Positions 55,829 to 64,000 of a stretch of DNA of 64,000 nucleotides are shown piece by piece. A program made the translations under genes and the position numbers. Position 1 is the stretch's first letter. Each line of letters opens with the position of its first letter. Under the pieces are notes generated by a model. The model was not told the origin of the DNA, did not search any database, and worked only from the letters and a program-made list of their open reading frames with translations. This DNA is from an uncultured delta proteobacterium (GTDB taxonomy: Bacteria > Desulfobacterota > Binatia > UBA9968): contig CAWJZV010000008.1 in NCBI GenBank assembly GCA_963847445.1, positions 112,432-176,431 on the forward strand. The letters run 5' to 3'.

Positions 55829-55945
55829 ATGGCCCGAGTTGGGGTTACCAAGAAGAAGCCCCGCGCTACCGCGCTGAGCCGGGTTAAAGACAAGCTGCGC
55901 CGTGTCACCGAGCAGCTTGAGTCGCGCGAGCGAAGTGAGATTTCC
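55829..55945 (+). pseudogene. Remnant N-terminal leader of a GAF-sensor gene
   Basis: AGGAG RBS; MARVGVTKKKPR...DKLRRVTEQLESRE-RSEI, a basic leader plus coiled coil like the one at 57374. Confidence 0.45.
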
Positions 55946-56025
55946 GATGTTGCCAAAGAGGAGCCCGCTGCCCAAAAAGTCTCAGCCGGATCCAAGCTTG
56001 TGACGGCTCATTTAAGGAGATCGCT

Positions 56026-57291
56026 GTGAACGAAAAGATCGATACAGTCATCATCGGCGCTGGCCATGCCGGCCTGACTATGAGTTATTATCTCAGTCAA
56101 CGGGGCCTCGAACATGTGATTGTCGAGCGCGGACGGGTGGGCGAGCGCTGGATCAGCGAACGCTGGGACTCGTTCCATTTTCAATTTCCCAACTCGACCA
56201 TCGAGCTGCCCGGCCATAAATATCAAACCGACGATCCCGACGGCTTTGTGCCGGGCCGGGAAGTCGTTCGCTTTATTCAAGAATACGCCGATTACATAAA
56301 AGCCCCGGTGAGATGCGGTGTCGACGTCGGCGCGTTAGAGAACTGGCGTCAACTTCCGAGCGCTATTTGCTGCGCACGAACGCGGGCGCCATTGAAGCCC
56401 GCAATGTGGTCATTGCCACCGGACAGCGCGAAACGGGTGTCATTCCACCGTTCAGTTCCGATGTGCCGAACGACATCCGCCAGCTGCATTCGAGCGCATA
56501 CCGCAATGCCGGTGAATTGCCGTCCGGCGCCGTTCTGATCGTGGGAAGCGGCGCCTCGGGCTTTCAAATCGCCGAAGATTTGCATCAATACGGCAGACAA
56601 GTCTACCTCTGCGTCGGTCGCCATCGGCCCCTCGCGCGACGCTATCGCCGTCGCGACTACGCTTGGTGGGCGATGGAGATGGGCATGTTTGAGCGACGAC
56701 GCGCGGAAGTCACCGTCGACTTCTGCGCCGGGACCGTTGTTAACCGGCGTCAATGGCGGCTACCAAGCCGACGTGCGGGCGTTGGCTTCGAAGGGAATCG
56801 TTTTGCTGGGACGGTTAAAAGCCGTCACGGGAGCTAGGCTCGCTTTGGCTCCCGACTTGGAAGAGAACCTCGCCAAAGGAGAGGAGTGGCTCGCCAATTA
56901 CAAGAAATCGGTGGACGACTACATCGCAAAAAATAAATTGAATATTCCGGAAGAAAGCCCGCCAGCAAACTTATCCCCAATCCAAAACGGTAGCGCATCA
57001 GCGCCGATTCTTGAGCTGGATCTCAGAGCCGCGGGAATTACTTCGATCATCTGGGCAACGGGATTCGGCAACGACTACGGTTGGTTAAAACTCCCGGTTC
57101 TCGACGAGCGCAGAGAACCTGTGCACGAGCGTGGTGTCACACAGTTACCGGGCATCTATTTTCTCGGTTTGCGCTGGCTGTACAAACAGAAATCAGGTTT
57201 TCTATCTTTTGGCGGCCCGGCGGAAGATGCGGCCTATTTGGCGGAGCAGATCGCAGCGAGACACAACGGAAGTCCGAGTCGGTCTTTTTGA
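56026..57291 (+). CDS. Flavin-containing monooxygenase-like (class B) oxidoreductase, two frameshifts
   Basis: VIIGAGHAG, WISERWDS, VVIATG, QLHSSAYRN, VGSGASG, IIWATGF, GIYFLGL. Confidence 0.9.
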
Positions 57292-57373
57292 ATTCTTCGG
57301 ATTCGGCAGGTTGCGGAGCGACGAAAATCAACTCCCAATGAAAAAGTTCGGAGCAAATCTCCGGCGGGATGTT

Positions 57374-60300
57374 ATGGCGAGCAAAAAAGGCTCTAAGAGC
57401 GACAGAGTAAAACCGCCCCGAAATGCGGCGAAAAACTCCCCGGTTGAAAATGCAGCAAACGATGGCGGAGCTGCGCCGCCAGCTCGCCGAGTCAGCCAAA
57501 GAGGCGCAGGCTTGCAGGCGTCAGCTCGCCGAAGCGCTGGAACATCAGACGGCCACTTCCGAAGTTCTCGGTATCATCAGCCGGTCACCGACGGACGTGC
57601 AGCCGGTGCTTGATGCTATCGTCGACAGTGCCGCCAGGGTGTGCGGGATCGATGACGTGGTACTGCGACTCGTTGAAGGAAACGCGATGGTTCCGCGGGC
57701 TCATTTTGGGTCCATACCCGTCGGCCGCGTTGAGTCAGTATCGATGAGCTACATTACCGTTGGATGCGCGAGCATGGTACGCACCACGTTCCCGATGTCC
57801 GCGCGCAGAAGGATTTCTCCCTAGGCTTTCGCGGCGTTTGGCGCACTTACTTGGGCGTTCCGCTCCGTCAGCAGGGGGAGCTTATTGGAGCCCTGTACGC
57901 ACGTCGCACCGACGTTTGCCCCTTCACCCCGGCGCAGATCAAGCTACTTGAAACCTTCGCTGACCAAGCAGTGATCGCCATCGAGAACGCGCGACTGTTC
58001 CAAGAACTCACCGAGGCGTTGGAGCAGCAGACTGCTACGAGTGAAATCCTGGGCGTCATCGCCAGCTCGCCGACGGAAATCCAGCCGGTGCTGGACGTAG
58101 TTGCAGAAAACGCCGCGCGGCTGTGCGACGCCAATGATGCACTGATCTATCGTGTCGATGGTGACACCCTTCAGCAAGTGGCGGTATACGGGCTAATACC
58201 ATTCGGGCAAAGGCCGCTACCCTTCACGCGAGGTACGCCCACTGGCCGGGCGGTCATCGACCGCCAAACCATTCACCTGCATGACCTTACGACCGAGCTT
58301 GAAACAGAGTTCCCGGACGCGAAGACCTTACAGCAAGTTTCAGGGACTCGAACTTTTCTTGCGACGCCGTTGCTGCGAGAGGGCATTCCAGTCGGAGCAA
58401 TTGTACTTCGCCGACAAGAAGTCCGTCCTTTTACCGACGGTCATATCGCTCTCCTCAAGACCTTCGCCGACCAGGCCGTGATCGCCATCGAGAACGTGCG
58501 GCTGTTCCAAGAACTCACGGAATCGCTGGAGCAGCAGACGGCGACGAGTGAAATCTTGGGCGTCATCGCCAGCTCGCCGACGGATATTCAGCCGGTGCTG
58601 GACACTGTGATCGCGAATGCCGTGAAATTATCCGGCGCGACGAAGGGACACATTCGTCGACTGGAAAATGGCTTTCTCCATGTAGTCGCGCATTGTAACG
58701 AAACCCCCGAACAGATCGAGCACCTGCGCGCTAATCCGATTCCTCTCACGCGGGCCGTTTCGATTCTTGAAAATCGAGTCGTGCACCGCGACGACCTTCA
58801 AGAACGAAATCGTATGCTTGGTATAGACCCGTTCTTAGGAGCACGCACGCAATTGGGTGTGCCTTTGCAGCGTGAGGGAATAGCAATTGGCAATATCATG
58901 ATTTGGCGGGATGTCGTCGAGCCATTTACCGACCGGCAAATCGATCTGGTCAAAACCTTCGCCGACCAAGCGGTCATCGCCATCGAGAACGTGCGGCTGT
59001 TCAATGAACTGCAGCAGCGCAACCGGATCTCACTGAAGCGCTGGAGCAGCAGACGGCGACGAGCGAGATTCTGGGTGTTATTGCCAGTTCGCCGACCGAT
59101 CTGACACCCGTCCTAGAAACCGTGGCGAGGAACGCGGCGCGGCTTTGTGAAGCGAAGAGCGCACAGGTGTATCGCACCGATGGCGATTTGCTGCGGCTTG
59201 CCGCGAACTACGGGGAACTGCACGCGGGAGAGACCAGGCCGATTGGCCGAGGCACAGTGAGCGGCCGCGCAGTTGTCGAGCGCAAAACCATTCACACCGA
59301 CGAACGCATCCAATATGCAGTGGAGTTCCCCGACAGTAAGAGCGCTAGCGGCGAAACGCGTCTGTCGACGCCGTTGCTGCGCGAAGGTGTTGCCATCGGC
59401 GTAATCGGCATTCGCCGCACCGAACTGCGGCCATTCACCGAAAGCCAAATCAAGCTCCTCGAAACCTTTGCTGAGCAGGCCGTGATCGCCATCGAGAATG
59501 TGCGGCTGTTCAACGAACTCAAGGAGTCGCTGGAGCAGCAGACGGCGACGAGTGAAATCTTGGGCGTCATCGCCAGCTCGCCGACGGATATTCAGCCGGT
59601 GCTGGACACGGTTGCGAAAACGCCGCGAAAGTGTGTGGCGCCAGCGATGCAGTCGATCTGGCTGCGTCGAAGGAGACATGTTCTGCGTACAGCGGCCCAT
59701 GTACGGACCCGTGCCGCATCGCTTGCGGAGTGAATTCGACCACTCGATCGCCAATCGCCCGGCGGGTCGAGCGATGCTCGACCGGGCAGCGATCCACGTT
59801 CCACGACCTGCGGTGCCGTGGTGCAAACGAATTTCCCGACGTCTGCGACACCTATCAGCGAGCCGGGCGCTCGGACAGGCTCTAGCACGTGCCGCTGCTT
59901 CGCGAAGGTGTCGCTATCGGCGTGATCACTATTCGCCGGTTGGAAGTTCGTCCTTTCACCGACAAGCAAATCGCGCTTCTCAAAACCTTCGCCGACCAAG
60001 CGGTCATCGCCATCGAAAACGTGCGCTTGTTCAAGGAACTCGGCGAGCGCAACGCGGAATTGCGCGAGGCGCTGGAGCATCAGACGGCGACGGCCGAGGT
60101 GCTCGGCATCATCAGCCGCTCGCCGACGGACGTGCAGCCGGTGCTCGACGCCATCGTCGAGAGCGCCGCGCGGGTTTGCGGGATCGATGACGTGGTGCTG
60201 CGACTCCGCGAGGGGAACACTTTGGTTTCGCGGGCTCATTTTGGTCCCATACCCGATCGCCCGCGTCGAGATCAGTATTGATGAGCCACAGTTTCGCTGG

Positions 60301-63300
60301 ATGCGCGAGCATGGCACGCTCCACATTCCCGACGTCCGCGCGCAGAACGATTTCCCAACGGTGGGTTCCGTCAGCGGCTGGCGCACCTTCTTAGCCGTTC
60401 CTCTTCGTCAGCAGGGGGAACTCATTGGAGCACTGATCGCACGTCGCACCGAGGTGCGCCCCTTCACCCCGGCGCAGATCAAACTGCTCGAAACCTTCGC
60501 CGACCAGGCGGTGATCGCCATCGAGAACGTGCGGCTGTTCCAAGAACTCAAGGAATCGTTGGAGCAGCAGACGGCGACGAGTGAAATCTTGGGCGTCATC
60601 GCCAGCTCGCCGACGGATATCCAGCCGGTGCTGGATACTGTGGCTGAAAATGCCGCGCGACTTTGCGACGCGACGATGCGTCAGATTTGTCGCGTTGACG
60701 GAGACGGCTTCGAGCGGGTCGCGCACTCATGGACCAATGCCGGTCGTCGGCTGATGAAGACCGTCGATCTATCACCGCGGCATTCCATGCGGGCCGAGCG
60801 ATCATCGACCGGCAAACGATTCATGTTCATGACTGTCGCTGCAGACGCTCGAAGCGGAATTTCCGGACAGCTGAGGTCTTCGCCAAGCGCGACGGCTACT
60901 CGCACCGTGCTTGGCGACGCCGTTGCTGCGTGAAGGTGACTGCGATCGGCGTCATCGTAATTCGCCGCACGGAGGTCCGCCCTTTCACCGACAAGCAGAT
61001 CGCGCTGCTCAAAACCTTCGCCGATCAAGCGGTGATCGCCATCGAGAACGTGCGGCTGTTCAAGGAACTCGGCGAGCGCAACGCGGAATTGCGCGAGGCG
61101 CTGGAGCATCAGACGGCGACGGCCGAGGTGCTCGGCATCATCAGCCGCTCGCCGACCGACGTGCAGCCGGTCCTCGACGCCATCGTCGAGAGCGCCGCGC
61201 GGGTTTGCGGGATCGATGACGTGGTGCTGCGACTCCACGAGGGGAACACTATGGTTTCGCGGGCTCATTTTGGTCCCATACCCATCGGCCGCGTCGAGAT
61301 CAGTATCGATGAGCCACAGTTTCGCTGGATGCGCGAGCATGGCACGCTTCACATTCCCGACGTCCGCGACGCAGAACGATTTCCCAACGTTGGGTTCCGG
61401 CGGCGGCTCGCGCACCTTCTTGGTCGTTCCCCTTCGTCAGCAAGGGGAACTCATTGGAGCACTGATCGCACGTCGCATCGAGGTGCGCCCCTTCACCCCG
61501 GCGCAGATCAAGCTGCTCGAAACCTTCGCCGACCAGGCGGTGATCGCCATCGAGAACGTGCGGCTGTTCCAAGAGCTCAACGAGTCGTTGGAGCAGCAGA
61601 CGGCGACGAGTGAAATCTTGGGCGTCATCGCCAGCTCGCCGACGGATATCCAGCCGGTGCTGGATACCGTTGCCGAGAATGCCGCGCGAGTTATGTGAAG
61701 CGAACGATGCGCTGATTCTATCGTGTCGACGGCGATCGCTTCGAGGCGAGCGGCATCGTACGGACCGCTTCCATGGGAGCCGATCGGCGGAATTGGCCAA
61801 GTACTGAGTCGCGGCATCGTTGCGGGCCGAGCTGTTGTCGACCGGCAGACGATTCATGTTCACGATCTTGGCGGCAGCAGATTCGAAGCGAATTTCCGGA
61901 CGCAAGCCGAGCGATTCACGTATGGGTGATTCGCACGGTGCTCGCTACTCCACTGCTGCGCGAGGGTGTTCCGATCGGAGCAATCATATTCGCCGAACCG
62001 AAGTTCGCCCGTTTACCGACAAACAGATCAGAGCTGCTCAAAACCTTCGCCGACCAGGCGGTGATCGCCATCGAGAACGTGCGCTTGTTCAAAGAACTCG
62101 GCGAGCGCAACGCGGAGTTGCGCGAGGCGCTGGAGCATCAGACGGCGACGGCCGAGGTGCTCGGCATCATCAGCCGCTCGCCGACCGACGTGCAGCCGGT
62201 GCTCGACGCCATCGTCGAGAGCGCGGCGCGGGTTTGCGGGATCGATGACGTGGTGCTGCGACTCCGCGAGGGGAACGCTATGGTTGCGCGGGCTCATTTC
62301 GGTCCCATAGCCGATCTGGCCGCGTCGAGATCAGTATTGATGAGCCACAGTTTCGCTGGATGCGCGAGCATGGCACGCTCCACATTCCCGACGTCCGCGC
62401 GCAGAACGATTTCCCAACGTTGGGTTCCGCCAGCGGCTTGCGCACCTTCTTGGCCGTTCCCCTTCGTCAGCAGGGAGAACTCATTGGAACACTGATCGCA
62501 CGTCGCACCGAGGTGCGCCCCTTCACCCCGGCGCAGATCAAGCTGCTTGAAACCTTCGCCGACCAGGCGGTGATCGCCATCGAGAACGTGCGGCTGTTCC
62601 AAGAACTCAACGAGAGTCGTTGGAGCAGCAGACGGCGACGAGTGAAATCTTGGGCGTCATCGCCAGCTCGCCGACGGATATTCAGCCGGTGCTGGATGTC
62701 GTGGCTGAAAATGCGGCGCGTTTGTGCGACGCGAACGATGCGCAGCATTCGGCGCGTCGACGGCGAACTGCTGCGCACTGTGGCTCATTATGGGACCGAT
62801 GCCCATGACCGCGGGTCGGAGCTGACCGATCGACTCGCGAGCTCAGTCGTCGGCCGAGCAATGGTCGACCGACAGACCATTCACATTCACGACATGTCAG
62901 CCGAAGTCGCGAGCCGAATTTCCGGACTGCGCAGGCTACGGCGAACGGCTGGGCGTTCGCACCGTGCTTGCCACGCCGTTGCTGCGCGAAGGCAGTCGCG
63001 ATCGGAGCGATTCACATTCGCCGAACGGAGGTCCGTCCCTTCACCGACAAGCAAATCGCGCTTGCTCAAAACCTTTGCCGACCAGGCCGTCATCGCCATC
63101 GAGAACGTGCGGCTTGTTCAAGGAATTCGGCGAGCGCAACGCAGAATTGCGCGAGGCGCTGGAGCATCAGACGGCGACGGCCGAGGTGCTCGGCATCATC
63201 AGCCGCTCGCCGACGGACGTGCAGCCGGTGCTCGACGCCATCGTCGAGAGCGCGGCACGGGTTTGCGGGATCGATGACGTGGTGCTGCGACTCCGCGAGG

Positions 63301-64000
63301 GGAACGCTATGGTTCCGCGGGCTCATTTTGGTCCCATACCCATCGGCCGCGTCGAGATCAGTATTGATGAACCACAGTTTCGCTGGATGCGCGAGCATGG
63401 CACGCTCCACATTCCCGACGTCCGCGCGCAGAACGATTTCCCAACGTTGGGTTCCACCGGCGGCTTGCGCACCTTCTTGGCCGTTCCCCTTCGTCAGCAG
63501 GGGGAACTCATTGGAACACTGAACGCACGTCGCACCGAGGTGCGCCCCTTCACCCCGGCGCAGATCAAGCTGCTCGAAACCTTCGCCGACCAGGCGGTGA
63601 TCGCCATCGAGAACGTGCGGCTGTTCCAAGAACTCAAGGAGTCGCTGGAGCAGCAGACTGCGACGAGTGAGATCCTGGGCGTGATCGCCAGCTCGCCGAC
63701 GGATATTCAGCCGGTGCTCGACGCCATCGCCGAGAGCGCGGCTCGGGTGTGCGGGTCCGACGACGCGACGATTCGCCTGCTCGATGGGGATGAGACGTTC
63801 CTGGCGGCGCACTTCGGATCGATACCTCCCAGCGCGCCGAGGCGGCGGAGCTTGCAATGGCGCTTGGTTGGCAATGAGGCTTTGCTCCAGCGCAGGACAA
63901 TTCACATTCCAGACGTTCAGGCGGAAGCAGAGAGATTTCCGGACAGCTCATACATGGGGCGCGGTATTCGAACCTTGCTCGTCACGCCGCTGCTTCGCGA
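57374..64000 (+). CDS. Giant poly-GAF sensor protein (at least 13 GAF domains; many frameshifts; runs off window)
   Basis: Recurrent linker LL(E/K)[19 protein letters not shown](Q/H)QTAT(S/A)E(I/V)LG.I..SPTD(I/V)QPVLD near 57540, 58020, 58530, 59040, 59530, 60070, 60560, 61100, 61590, 62130, 62620, 63160 and 63645. Confidence 0.88.

Noticed and set aside
590-57291. Widespread pseudogenisation or programmed frameshifting
   Set aside because: Single-base indels hit many unrelated genes, including glnE, often in homopolymers, with otherwise intact motifs. Long-read consensus error explains this best.
57540-64000. CRISPR or integron cassette array
   Set aside because: The repeats are protein-coding GAF linkers; no attC-like sites, integrase or cas genes are seen.

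Overview
A GC-rich bacterial chromosomal segment. The gene mix resembles Candidatus Binatia/Binatota-type 'Deltaproteobacteria' (inference only): many orphan solute-binding proteins, aromatic/CoA catabolic enzymes, lpxA, glnE and yacG. Single-base frameshifts interrupt many genes, including glnE, which points to an unpolished long-read consensus rather than mass pseudogenisation. I saw no rRNA, tRNA, CRISPR array, transposase, integrase or reverse transcriptase. Highlights: (1) an array of at least 13 GAF domains running off the right end, in which a near-identical GAF alternates with divergent GAFs at a 1029-bp period; it may be real or a misassembly. (2) A solo, intact, GC-shifted lipase + macro-like + CHAT/caspase protein, a candidate single-gene defence or cell-death system. 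(3) An AhpD-like CxxU selenoprotein missed by the ORF caller, with a SECIS-like hairpin. (4) Several families of nested palindromic REP/MITE-like elements. (5) Several head-plus-tail gene remnants and a decayed toxin-antitoxin cluster.
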